Positions 35,584 through 48,934 are shown, counted from the first letter of the stretch. The stretch is 64,000 bases of DNA from Xylographa opegraphella (GCA_022813865.1 JALDZX010000034.1:124001-188000); one strand, 5' to 3'. Notes: generated by a model from the sequence alone, not told the origin. Numbers and translations: made by a program.

Positions 35584-37803
35584 GGCGCCGCTATAGCTCT
35601 CCGCCTCCTGTCCGTACGCCTGCGGATGATGTGAATGGCTGGAGTAGTGAGCAGGGGCCGTCGAATCTTCGGCTTGCACGTGCGGGTGCGACGGTGCCAC
35701 CTGCGCCGCCGGAGATGGAGAAGGGGTCTTCAGACCGATTGGGGGGTTCGCGCTACTGGGATATGAAGATGCGCTGGTCAGGGACGGAGGGTACTGGTTG
35801 CTGCTGTAGTTGGAAGACGAATCCAACGACCCAATGCGCGAGGAGGATGCTCCGGACGAGACGCTGGTAGGATATGTTTGTGGTAAGTGCAGATCCGGCA
35901 ATCGATCACTCGCCAACAGCGGGCGCTGAGCAGCGTGATGATTGTACCACGATATGTCGACAGGGCCTCGGGTGGAAACCTGAGAAATCGACGGGAGCTC
36001 CAGCTTTTCGGTATTGTCTATCAATGGCCGTGAATGACCGGGACGGCCTCTTGCGAGGTGGAGTGGTGCAGGGTCGCTCAATGGAGCACTGGGGCACAAC
36101 CGGACACGGCCCACCCAAGGATGATGTTTTCAATCAAGCGTGCAAGTGCACGGTTGGCGGGAGAATTGGCTGACGGGGTGTGATATCAAGGAAAGAGCTG
36201 TTGAGCGGCTTTGGGGGTTGGTGATATCGAGGGGAGGAATGAGCGGCGAAGCAGTCTGGCTGTTGCACAGAGGATCAGAAGCGGGTTCGTGATACGCAAT
36301 GCGACGCTCGGCCGATGCTGCGGAGCTTGACCAGAATCGTGCAGTTGCTGGAGAACCAGAATGGCAAGGGCGTATGGCTCGTTTCAGGTCATTAAAGAGG
36401 ACAACGCCCCGGGCGGTTTGCTTGTTTCGACGCAGAGCGATGGTGGAGAATGAGCGCGGGTGCGGGGACTGCTTTATCGGGCCAGGCGGAGGTGCATGGG
36501 GGATCCCAGACAAGAGGCTTCTTTGTACTGCGCGTCGAGCGGGTGCTGGCGTATGAAGGTGAAGGAGTATCGTTAAAGAATCGTCAGATTGATCGTTGCG
36601 GAATCGTTGATGGTTGGGAACAATTTTGTTTGCGGCGGTGGGAAGCTTGAGGGAGAGGGATCGTTTCCCTGAAGCGACTAAAACGTCAGCCGAGAGCTAA
36701 ATCAGGCCGTGTTTGGGGGGGTTAGGGAGGTGGGGGGGGGAGAATAACGGGGAGAAACTGGGGTCGTAGAGCTATGCTGGGTTGCTTGAAAACAGGATTT
36801 GAAGAGGGCGATGAAAGAGAGAAAGCTGCGTACCGAGCGAGGCCTCACGGGCGAGCAGTAATCACGCACACAGAAAGAGAGACGATGGGTGAACGACGGA
36901 ACGGGCGAGTGCGAGAGGTGAGCCAGAGAGCCCGAGGAGGTTGGGGAGGAGGAGAGAGAGAGGGAGGGGGGGGGGGTGCGTTGGTTGGTCCTAGCGCCAC
37001 AACTCGCCTGGCGCGAAAAAGACGCTCCGGAGTGTGGGCGACAGCGGTGATAGGATGTCGTGCGTCGGACGCAATAATAGTTATCTTAATATCGCTGGTC
37101 GCTGGACGCGGCGACTGGAAGCCCGAGTCGAGATGGACCGCTGAAGCGTTGGTCGAGCGTGGGCAGACGACGGCGATAGAGGCGATCGAGCGAGTTGGCC
37201 CCGAAGTCAGAACATTATTTGGTCCTCGAGCGCCAGGCGTGTGTTGACGGACGAATGTAGGTACCGTCCAAGGGGGCGTTGGAAGCAGCAGATGCTGCTG
37301 CGGAGCCAATTGGCCGACACGCCGCCCCCAAAAGCTGCCAGAGTAGGGCCTCGAGTGCCGCGATGCCTCAGATTCGCGGTGCAGTGTGCAGTGTGCAGTG
37401 CGCGGTGTGCCGGTGTGCGGTGAGAGCAAGTGGGCGTGAGTGGTAGAAGGGCAAGGCTCGAAAAAAAAAGCTGGACGACGGTTGCGCTGCGCAGTGGCGG
37501 AAGAACGGACCCTTTGTACACAGGACGCAGGATGCGGGACGGCGCGCCAGAGGCAGCAGGGTTGGGGAGGGGAGCCAGCCAGACTCTACGATATCGCTTC
37601 AACGTGAGCACGCCCCCGTCGGCTCTGCGAAAGCGTCCAGCGTCCAAGAGAGAGCGACGGGCGTGGTGGAGGGGAGGGCTAATCCTAGCCCATGCAGCTG
37701 CTCCTTAGGTGCATGTCCTTCCAGGCCTGTAAGTGGTGGCTCCGCAATCGATACTCCGGCATGACCGGGGGGAGGGTTGCGGGCAGCTGGGAGGGGGAAG
37801 GGG

Positions 37804-37805
<2 letters not shown>

Positions 37806-37857
<52 letters not shown>
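37806..37857. repeat. (GA)26 microsatellite in the stuA upstream region
   Basis: Perfect dinucleotide run read directly. Confidence 0.97.
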
Positions 37858-37861
<4 letters not shown>

Positions 37862-40800
37862 GGGGGAAGCAGGAGGCAGGATCGACCAGTCAAACGGCCG
37901 GAAGCGCAAAGGAAGGGCAGCAGAATGGTCTGTGTGCCGTTGCAGCGAGCGAGGAAGGGAAAGGGATAGGGAAGGGAGGCAAGAGCTATGCAGGCTACGG
38001 GAGCGCTGATGATTTCGGTCGTCTTACTGTGTACAAGCGTCGACTTGCGTCTGGGCTGCAGCGGAATCAATCCAAAAACAAGCTGCAGGCAAGCGAGGGA
38101 TGATCGTGATGGACAAGCGTGCGACAGGACTGCCATGATCCACATCGACACGATGATGGCTGCTCGAGCTAGAACGCCGCCCGTGATTACTTCGCGACCC
38201 CGACCAGCCCATCCATCCATCCATTCATCCTCTCGCTGCCTACCACAGTCGATCAACCAAACGGTCGAGTTGATAATCTCCAGCACGATGAACAGGGCAC
38301 GCAACCCTTTCGCCAAAGACCCCTCCCTGCCCCCAGTCCATTCTCGAATATTTCCCTACAGTTGGGGAGAGACACTGGCTCCGGGGTCGGCTTCAGAGGA
38401 GAGCCAGTCAGCGAGGATCGCTGATACTGACCGATGCGACTCTGAGACTTAGGTCCCGAAGCAGGGTGGAACCAATCCACGCCGTTGTGCTCCCTCCCCT
38501 CCCACCCCCCCAGCTTTAGAATACACGCACTACGGCTGTTTCTCCCGCGTACGACGAAGTGCAGAACGACGTGAAGCGGCGTGATTGGCTCTGCCGACTG
38601 CACAGCGGTCAACGTGGAAGGCTGTCCTCGAATGCGTTGGAATGTGACAGGACACGGAGCCGGCGGGCGAGCGAGGCCAGCGCCATTTGACACTGCGTCC
38701 GCCAGGCACCCTTTTTTGACGCTGGCCCGGCGAGCCTTGCCGGTCATCGAAGGACCACCCCCACTTGGACCACTCGTAAGGGACAGCTCAAAGCTGGCGA
38801 GAACTGTTTGCTGCTTTCGAGAATCCAGCCAGCCAAGGCTTGGATGGCCTGAAGACTTGAAAGGAGGGCGGCGCCCACAGACAGGGGATAGAGGGCGATT
38901 GAACCGGGACCGGTTTCCAAACTTCCCCCCCGGAGTCCTTCGTTGGTTCTCGTCCACTACTGTTGACCCTCCCAGCGACAGCACAGATGGATTGGGACGT
39001 CTGTAAACGTTTCTCTCAGTCGGGAGTCCCTATCGAGGACGTCAGATTCCAGGGAACATCCGATTTCATCCTCAGATCGACTGCGCATAAAACAAAACAC
39101 GACTTTAATTTTGGATCTTCGCTATCCCTCACGTCCCCAGTCCGGCTAATACCCCGATGATCACGAAAGAGGAGACAGCGACAGCACGAGCTTCATGACT
39201 CAAGGAGGCATCTGTTTCGGTCTGCGGCAATGCACACGGTGTAACTGTTACTGCCATTCACTTGTATCCCACCCCCATCAGCTGTTCCCGAGCTGTCCCA
39301 CTCTCTTGTAACCTTGGACCCCGTTGCGAGAAGAGGAAAGTGTAACGGTCGGAGCATGAGGAAAGGCCGAGATGCGCAGCAAGCACAGCATGATCGTTGG
39401 AGTTGAGCTTTCGGTGCAACTCCGGAAAGGCATCTTGAACGGTGGCGGGCGGACGAGATTGTGGGACGGGATTGTGGCACAGCACGAAAGCGATAGGCAT
39501 GGATGATGGCTGGCCAGACCTAGCTAGAGACACACACCGATAAGACCTTAAAATAGAAGGGCTGTGAGGAGCAGAGGTTCACAAGCAAGCAGGAGCACCC
39601 GCCTCATGAAATGGTATTATTAATAATGAGATTGAGGTGGTGGTGCGTGGTGCGTGGTGCCAGCTGGGAGCCCGGGCGCTGCTGTATTGTGCGGTGGATG
39701 GGAAGATCTCGCTGGTGGTTGGTCGCGGAGGTTGGGGGGTGGAGATGTGTGTGTTGGCAACCCTCAGAAGATGGCAAGCGAGCGAAGGATTTTGGCTGGC
39801 AGGAGGCGCCCCATCCTTCAGGAATGCGACTACTGTACGGAGTCCTAGAGTCGATTGTGGCCCCGTTCACCGGGTGCCAATAATCGGAGTGTATCAGATT
39901 CCTCGTTCATGCTGTTCCGCAGTCGTGAGTGTGGGGACGTCAATGGCCGTCCTGCGTGAACCGATGAAACACACGCAGGCCTCCAAGCAGCTGCGCCGGA
40001 CCCGGTACTCGATGGGGTACTCCGGGAGCTTTTTCAATGCAGCTTCCAATGTCTCACGCCACGAGCGACGATGTGGATTATCCGGCGCAGCGTTGTAGGG
40101 TGGACCCGTCATCAGAACCTCTCTCATACGTCCTTGATCGCCGGAAGGAATCAATTCATGTGTGGCATTCTTACAGGTGAAATTCCCGTCCGTGATGACG
40201 GCCAATAGTTTTTGGCCAGGTACCGTGGGCGCAGACGCGGTTAATTCTATTGTTTCTCTACTTTGATATCCGGTCATACATGACGAGACTGCAAGCCTGG
40301 CTCCTCGAGGCAGAGCCTCAGTATGGATTGAGGATAGCCGTTGGCAACTCAGTCCTCGACTAGAGCGGTGCATGATGCAGGCGCATGGATGAGACGTTCG
40401 CCATCGCTGTCTATCTGCATCGTCAACCAACCTCGCACCGCACCGCGTCATCGAGAATGGAGTGCTAGAATTCCGTGGACCGGACAGCCATCGCCGCCGT
40501 CATATAATACGTCCTCCTCCGGAGGTTGTTTGGTTCCAACGTATGTATCTACAATGACTGGCCACCCTGACGACTCTGGTCTGTTGCCAATTGACCTTCT
40601 CTCTCTGTTCCTCAGAACCTCTCCCGCCCTTTGGCGGGTCGCCGTTTCGTCGTCCGAGGAATGATCGCTACTTTAGCGTCTTCATTCTGGCAGACCGAAT
40701 TTGCAGAGAGGGGTTGGTGGTCGTTAAATTGGTGGTTGATCCTTGGCAAGTGTGGATGTCTGAAAGCTCGGGCTTCTACCGTCGACGCGTCAATAATTTG

Positions 40801-42080
40801 TGTTGCATGTGGATATTCTATAGGAGGGTCCTGTTCGGTTCGATTACAGGAGGCGTTTCATGCCTCCAATGCCGTAATCAAGGCTCGCCGTCCACCATAC
40901 TGTCACCAATGTTGAGCCCTTCCGAGCTCCTTGCGTGACCTGGAAACCTTCAAACTCTGGTATATTGGAGGGGTCAAACCTGTCATGGACATGCAGGGGT
41001 CCGTCCTGCTCCGTCCTGCGGTGTTCCACCTGTCGGCAATCGGATGATTCGGCGGAGGGTCCAGCTCGTGGGACTCTGGAGCCGCATCAGCGTAGCACTG
41101 AGCTCGGAGACAGCCAGAACTGGAGCCGCCAGCAGCACCACCGCCTCCCTTCGATCTCGACGAGCTGGGTTGTGTAGGCAGTAGTAGTAGTAGTAGTAGA
41201 CGACGATGCTGTATCACCCTTTCAGGTGAATGGTGTCGGATATTGCGACCCCCGTCAGCCCTGGGCCGGGTGCAACATGAATGGGGACCGATCAACAAGA
41301 CTGAGGAGGGATCCGGCACTTGGAAGGCACGAAGTTACGGAAGACCAACGTCTGGAATAATGGATGAGAGCGAGACGGTGACTTTGTGGGTTACACTAGC
41401 AAGCATCAGGGCAAGCTTGGCCCGCTAGGCTCAAGGTGGGTGTTGCGGGAAATAGGCGCACCACAGGAGGCATCGACTCATGCAGCAGCCGATGACAAGC
41501 ATAAGCAGCTCCGCCGCTGGGCATTAAGGTAGCCCACCCGCACCCCGGGCGGTCTGGCTGGGGGGCAGGGCTTCGGGGGTAGGGGACTAGGGGCCCCTAT
41601 TGGGGAGGTTCCAGCTGCACGCAGCGAGGAGCCGCGGGTGCATATGCGAGTCCTCCAGCGCTAGAGCTGGCGCCATCCTACCTTAGTGATAGTTACCACT
41701 ACAAGTACATTAGCAAGCTTCTGACAGGCCGCAAGCTGATAGGCAGGATGGCTGAACGCCGACGACAAGGCGCACCGGATCATGGATGGAGCAAAAGCTG
41801 GGGAAAGAGCGAAGCCCCGATAGCTGGCTCTGGGAGTCCAGAGGAAGAATTGTGTCGAGCGCATAAACGGAAGGGGAGAGAGGGAGACGGCAAGTCGGAA
41901 GCCATATCTATTGGTCGCGCCACTTATCTCCAGAGGCGCCGAGGAGGGAGAGAGAGAGCGAGAGAGATAGGCGAACAGACGATCTGCTTCACGGTGGATA
42001 CAGTAACAACACGACGAAGAATGCCATCACGAAAACCGAGACGGAGATTGCGTGGCGCACGTCGTAGCCGAGATCGGGCC

Positions 42081-42190
42081 CAATCAATCCATCATCAATC
42101 CATCAATCAATCCATCCATCAATCAATTAATCGGTGCAGTCAATCAGTCAGTCAGTCAATCAATTCGATCAAATCACTCAAATCGATCAA
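42081..42190. repeat. Degenerate tetranucleotide repeat tract (CAAT/CCAT/CAGT)n
   Basis: caatcaatccatcatcaatccatcaatcaatccatccatcaatcaat...caatcagtcagtcagtcaatcaat. Confidence 0.8.
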
Positions 42191-43830
42191 CGCCGATCGC
42201 GGGATCACGGGTATTGAAAGAGATTGGAGGTGGCCATCAAATCCATCCAATCAACGGCGACCACGTCGGCGGTCACGACGAGGTCCTGGCTCAGCCGTGC
42301 GGAAAGTCATCCAATCCTTCGCTCGTCCTATCGGGCACATCCTGTCCACTCGAAGCAAAGACATTATTCTACACTTGCGAATGGGGCCATCTGGAACGAG
42401 GAGTTGGCTGCTGAAGCCTCTTGTCTTACTACTACTGAGGCTTCATTCGCCAGTTCGCCCTTCTCTCGCCACCCTCCCGTCGGATACGTAGTCCACCGTG
42501 ACTTCTCGAGCCCTTCCCCCATCCCCCCGTTCTACTTGCCTGCCAGAGCTCCCAAGAAGTGGCTCAAGACCAGCTCAATCACCCGTCCCAGTCCGACACA
42601 CATCACTCATCACACATCACACCGCAGGTAGCACGTAGCTCCCCCTGCCGCGGCCGGGCCCTTCACCTCTTCCGTAAAGCCCAACGGTGACGCAGCCCGG
42701 CCCGGCGCAACTGCCCGCGCACCTCCAGCATCGCATCTCACGCTACGCACGCACTGCACAAAGCAACCACGAAATCTGACATACCAACGGCCCTGCAATA
42801 GCCGGTTGCCCCCTCATCCACTCCCACCGAGCCATGCGTATCGCCAGCCACGCCGAGTGTTGAGCGTCCGCTGCGGAACCGACAGCGCGCCTGCATGGAG
42901 AGGGGAGGGGCGCCGGCCGAGCTTGCAGGATCTCCGGTGCATTGCGCGGTTCATCAACCTTCCTATGCATGATTTCTATAAAGACCACTCTCAGTCAGCT
43001 CATCGCTTCCTCGGCGGAGTGGCTCCGGACAGTTCATCGGATAATGCCATGGAAATTGCACCTTCGAAAGGCGAGCTGTCCCTCACCGCTCCTTTCGAAC
43101 CTATCCGAGCCAAGTATATCTGAGCATGCGTGCACTTCACAGAACGGTTGCTCACATCTCGCCCGCTCCTTCCGCAGCCTTGGCAATGTTGTGGACTGAA
43201 GGCATTCGACTGTAAATTGCGGCCATTCTCTTCCTTCTGTACAAACCTTAGCATGTCTACATACATCCCGCTTTTGGAGTGTGGGGGCGGTCAGGCTTAG
43301 ATGAATGCTGGAAGATACACGAACTCGTAATTGGGATAATCTGCACAGTAACTTCAGTGACTGCCTGCCCATCCTTAGGATCCAAGCTTGTCCATTCCTA
43401 TGATCTCATCACCAGTTCTCTTATGTCTATGCAATTGCCAGGGCGACTGTAAGCGCGTCGTGAATCGTCCAGGGATGGCCCTATGGACATTCATTGATAT
43501 ATTGCTACGGGGAACTTCGGAACCGACATTGGCGCATCATCCGACAGATCTAGAGATGAGTCCAGTAGCCGATGCCTGGACTTTGAGATAGGTAGTCTTG
43601 ACGACCTCGTCACTCAATCATCATCCTGAGATGGGATTCAGATCCCAGGTAGTTGATATGGATAGACGCGTTGTGGTTAGCCGCTATAGCCGCCTGTCGT
43701 TGTGCGCGGGGGACCTAGAGGCTAGAGCCTAGAGGTAGCTCGCCCGCACGAATCCACGATTCGGACGTTCGTGAAATATTGCATTACCGCAACAAGCATT
43801 CTGGCCTGACTGGCTCTCACATCTTCTGTG

Positions 43831-45683
43831 ATGAGGATGTCTGTTTCCCGATGTTCGCGAGTAGCTTCTATGCTCTACCGACAAGAATCACCTGCCCTCC
43901 GCTATCATGCAATTCGCCCCACTGCGTGCCACTGGGCATCCGCACGGTGGCGCGCAATATCTTCAGTGAGCGCAGATGGCCAACAGAAGGTGGGGCTCTA
44001 ACTATTGGGCTTTCTTCTGTCTCGCTGACGTGTCCCACCAGATGCTCTCTGCGAATCTCCAAGAGGCTGACCCGGCGGTATTCGAAATAATCCAGCGGGT
44101 ACAGTCGCCTCTGCAAGTATATTCTTTCTACTGCTAATGTGATTTAGGAAAAAAGGAGACAGAAGCACTTCATCAACCTGATTCCATCTGAGAATTTCAC
44201 ATCACAATCAGTCCTTGACGCCTTGGGTAGTGTAATGCAGAGTACGTATGACTCTTTGGAAGCATTGTTAATACATCTGGAGATATGAATGCAGGAGTGG
44301 AACCCCCCTGTGTAGCTTATGGCTGACCATCTGTAACATAGATAAGTACTCCGAAGGCTATCCAGGAGCCAGATATTATGGTGGTAACAAGCACATTGAT
44401 GAGGCTGAACGCCTCTGCCAGCAACGAGCTCTGGAGACTTTCGGATTGAACGAGGAAGAATGGGGCGTGAATGTGCAACGTTGGTCAAATCCTCAATAGC
44501 GGACGAAACGATGTTGACTTCTAGGTGTGCAGCTCTTTCGGGCTCCCCAGCCAATCTTTATGCCTATTCGGCTCTTTTGAATTCCCATGACAGAATTATG
44601 GGACTCGACCTTCCCCATGGCGGTCACCTCAGCCATGGTTATCAGACACCCACGAAGAAGATATCAGCGATATCGAAGTACTTTGAAACTCTTCCTTACC
44701 GTCTAGACGAATCCACAGGGTTGATCGATTACGTGAAGCTGGAGGAGCTGGCCCTGCTTTATCGGCCGAAGATAATAATCGCTGGGACCTCTGCTTATAG
44801 CAGGTTGATCGATTACGAGCGCATGCGAGAGATTGCTGATAAGGTTGGATCCTACCTCCTGAGCGACATGGCCCACATATCAGGACTCGTGGCCGGGAAG
44901 GTTATCCCATCTCCTTTTCCATTTTCGGACGTCGTAACTACGACCACTCATAAGTCTTTGCGGGGACCCAGAGGTGCGATGATCTTCTTCAGGAAGGGTG
45001 TTCGACGAGTGGACAAGAAGGGTGTCAAAGAAATGTATGATTTGGAGGGTCCTATCAATGCTTCTGTATTCCCTGGCCATCAAGGTGGACCGCACAATCA
45101 TACCATCACCGCATTAGCAGTAGCACTCAAGCAGGCTCAAAGTACCGAGTTTAAGGAATACCAAGAGACCGTTCTCCTGAATGCGAAGGCGCTCGCTGAA
45201 CGTCTTGGCAGTCCCAAGGAAAAAGGCGGTCTTGGCTACACGGTTGTTAGTGGGGGAACTGATAACCATCTTGTACTTATTGATCTGAAGGACCACGGTA
45301 TCGACGGTGCACGTGTGGAACGTGTGCTTGAGCTCGTGGGTGTCGCGAGTAACAAAAACACCGTCCCAGGCGACAAGTCAGCTATGAAGCCCGGCGGCCT
45401 GCGAATGGGCTCACCCGCAATGACGACGCGAGGCTTCGTGCCGGAAGACTTCACGAGAGTGGCAGAGGTGGTCGACCGAGCCGTTACCATCTCACAAAGG
45501 CTCGACAAAGCAGCCAGAGAGGACGCTGAGGCGAAAGGCCGCAAGAATCCTGGTAGCGTCAAAGCCTTCCTGGATTACATCGGTGAAGGAGAGGATGTGC
45601 CAGAGATCCTCGAGCTGAGGCGTGAGGTCGAAGAATGGGTTGGGACGTTCAGTCTCCCGTGGATCGAGGAAGGATCGCAGTAG
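43831..45683 (+). CDS. SHM1: Mitochondrial serine hydroxymethyltransferase; exons 43831-43989, 44042-44098, 44148-44241, 44342-44479, 44533-45683
   Basis: Arg-rich presequence [10 protein letters not shown]..., [38 protein letters not shown]-lysine motif [24 protein letters not shown]. Confidence 0.96.
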
Positions 45684-47130
45684 GCAAGTATCAACGGATA
45701 TCAAATGTACAAATGATCTTGGTTATTCCCGGTGGCTGCTAATTGTTGCTGCTTCACAGGAGGTAATGCGATGTGCGTTGGGTCGAGGGAAAGATCGAAA
45801 CTTGCTAATCATCTACGTAGGGCGTTAAAAAAGTGGGTGGATCTCTAGGTAGCCAGGCCACAATTTCATCCTGTTCAGGATCGTGGGCACATAGCACTCA
45901 ACTGTCTATAACCGACTGTAGGCTGACAGAGTACCTCGGGCCAGTTCCATTGCTGTGCGCATAGTATGTATTTGGAACCGTAGGATAGTAATGGGATGGT
46001 AGCCGGGACCATAGCCATGGTTTTCTCATGAAGAGAACAAGTCATTTGAAAATGGTGACTATCACAGGAATGCAGAACGAATGGTAATTCTTGAGCCAAG
46101 AAGTGCTACACACCTAAACGAGTATACCAGCTTTCTGGAGAAACTTGGTCCTAAAGACCAACATATATTACCAAAGCTTTCCCGGTACACTCGATCTGTT
46201 CACAGTAGTCGATCGTGATGACTGCTCAAGCATAAGATACAGGATGCACGGTGAGATGAAGATCCATTGTCAAAGTAAAAGGAGTGCGGAGTGCACCATT
46301 CCTATTCAAGGAAAGCGGATGCCGGCGACATGACGGACCGGTTGTCCCTTTTGAACAAATCAATCATCTGTTGGTCAGGAATTTTTGGCATCTCACACAC
46401 AGAACCTCCATTAAATATATGAGAGCATCCATCGCTTTCGGTTGCCTGAATAGCGTCATTGATATCATGTTTTGATTGCGGGTCTCCTTCGATGGTTTCT
46501 CATGTCCTTGACCGTAGTGGGAGCATAGCGAGATGTGGGAGTCAATCTGTACGTGCTGTGATCGATTTGCCAGACCCCACCAGCATCTTCATAACACAAA
46601 TACACGAGCATTAACGGATATGGCAATACCAATGGCAGAGGCTTTGCTATTCTGGTCGTGCTTGGTGCCGCAATATACGCGGGCCTGCTCGCCCCTTTTC
46701 CATATGGCTAATATGAACAACGCTTTTCGAGCATGCAAAAAGAAGAGTTTATGCACTATTATCTTGTCCTCTATTCCCAGCTCCACTCGAGCTCCTACGG
46801 CTCGACTTTTATCCATTCCAATGAGGCTGATATGCTGTATTCGTCGTAACCCTGGGAGACCTTTTCGCAAGCTTTACCTTGTGAGTCTTCTTACGCAGCT
46901 GACATGAAAGCCTGGGAGAAGTTCACCATCTTCTATCATCGGTCCTGTTGTCCAGTCGTATGAGAGGGCTTGAGAGCAGCAATCTTCCATAGATTTAGCC
47001 TTGACGACAGTCCGTTGATTCAATTTGAGATTTCTTGCTTCACTTTCTTGCGCTAAAGTTCACCAAGCATCAATATGATTCGCCAAATATATGTTCTTAT
47101 TCGTCGCCATGGCTAATTTTATGATATCCA

Positions 47131-48934
47131 GTGCCACTGCCGTTGAATGACAAACCGCGTCAGGTCCCACCCCCAGCAACACCGCTCAAATTCCCTTGTC
47201 ACGAACCAAAGGAACTCTCATGCTACGCCAAGAGTACCGAGATCGACCTCTTGAATCTCTATAGTCCCATCAGAAACCCTGCTTCTTTGCAACCACAGCA
47301 TGTGTCCGCTCTCAATCTCAAGATACAACGACATGTCTCGCTCGACCAGCTCATTCCAGCGCAGTACTTACCCTCTCCAACGTGGGACGAAATCCCTGGT
47401 CTTGGTGACAAAGAGAGCTCATCAGATTCCGCATCAGCAACTAGCAGGCTAAGGAATGGCATTCCAAACCCAGGTCATCAGCAATATCGCTCCCGTCTGA
47501 AGGAGCTTGTCTGTGACAACGAAGATGCGTATCGTGCTATCAACCGCCAAACCCCAAGACCTGGACAATCAGCTGTCAGACCTGCACACCTCAGAAGGTT
47601 CTATATAGCATTGCAAATTGTGGGCGAGTTTTGGGACACCAGCCTTGATGGTCCGAATCCTGCTCCTAACAATATCACCAAGGCCCATTCGTCGCCCGAG
47701 GATGAAGTGGTCTCTGACAAGCTTGCTCTCTCATCGTGGCAGTCAACAGACATCGACAGAGAGCGCCAGCTGATTAGCAAGCATAATAGTACAGATGTTG
47801 CAGTTTCCCAATCGGCGGGATCAAAGGAATCAAGATCAAAGGGGATATCAGAAACATCTTCGGATTCCATCAGTCGGGCCACCGTTCCATCGTCGGTGAC
47901 TCCATTAATATCTCCAAATTCGGCTGTGGCGGCCTCCGGCGTCACTCCGGAGAACTACTCAGGCCGTCGCACTTCCACCGGCACAATGATGCCAGCCCAA
48001 TACCGCCACAACTTGCTCAAAGAATTTCTCGAACCTCTGTTGTGGGCTTTCGGCTGTCGCTACGAGATGCCACGCACACAGCCACATCTCTACGTTCGCA
48101 GTCTAAAAGTCCCTGTGGATCTCTCCGGTGTTGTCTACTGTACTCCGAACGAACGACCAAGCTCGATGGTTGGGAGTCTGGAGGGGCCACTGTTCGGAAT
48201 TCAAGGACGACACGTCACAACGTTCGGGGAAGAGGATGGACACTCAGATCTGGTTGATTTGTTGAGAGAAGTGGGTGCTATGTTGCTTATTGCACAGGAA
48301 AGATCACGTGAAGGCATGGATGAGGTTATACCAAACATGGATAAGTGGTTTATCACCAGGCCTCGATGGGGAGGTGGGACTGGCGTAGCCATGGGAGAGC
48401 CCTTAGGGCTAGCGTGTGAAGAAGAGGTTACCAGTCGACAGAAACAGCACGATGATATGGGTAAGCAAGGCGAAGAACCGCCCATGAAGAAGCGAAGCCA
48501 AGAGAAACGAGCTCGGGTGATGATGAGTAGAGAGGCGGCAAAGAAGGAGAACATACGAAAGAGTACCATGCCGCCGAGTTCAAGATGGGACAGTCGGATC
48601 AAGTACATGCGAGTTGGGAAGGATGTGGAGAGTGTGTTTGACAACGTACGCGGCAAACAGAACACACACCTTCCCTGCTTCGACGTTTCAACTGGCTGAC
48701 ATTGCATAGATATACCTCATATCCAGCGTAAATCACCACCTGTGTATCGTTCGTCTTCTCATTCATCCAGACTATATGAGCTATCTAGCCAATGGTGGAG
48801 ATCCTCTCGGGCAGCCCTGGTTCAAACTACAGATGGAGAGATCAAGGTGGTATGATCTCCTTTCAGCAGAAGATCGAGTCGAAGCCATGAGGGGCATATG
48901 GGGGGTTCTGACTTGGCTGATGCGGGCGCAATGA
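47131..48934 (+). CDS. Hypothetical fungal protein; 5' end unresolved; intron about 48646-48708
   Basis: 522-codon open frame plus spliced terminal exon IYLISSVNHHLCIVRL...RSRWYDLLSAEDRVEAMRGIWGVLTWLMR, stop TGA 48932-48934; no in-frame ATG near the ORF start. Confidence 0.7.

Noticed and set aside
37692..38316. ORFs with poly-ER / poly-SL tracts
   Set aside because: Translations of the (GA)26 microsatellite, not genes.
38192..40795. StuA-response-element / MCB-like sites (TCGCGACC, ACGCGTCA) suggesting autoregulation
   Set aside because: Only isolated short matches over several kb of GC-rich DNA; not above chance.
41748..42491. 247-aa ORF in the stuA upstream region
   Set aside because: Arg-rich low-complexity product crossing a tetranucleotide repeat; no domain or coding-like composition.
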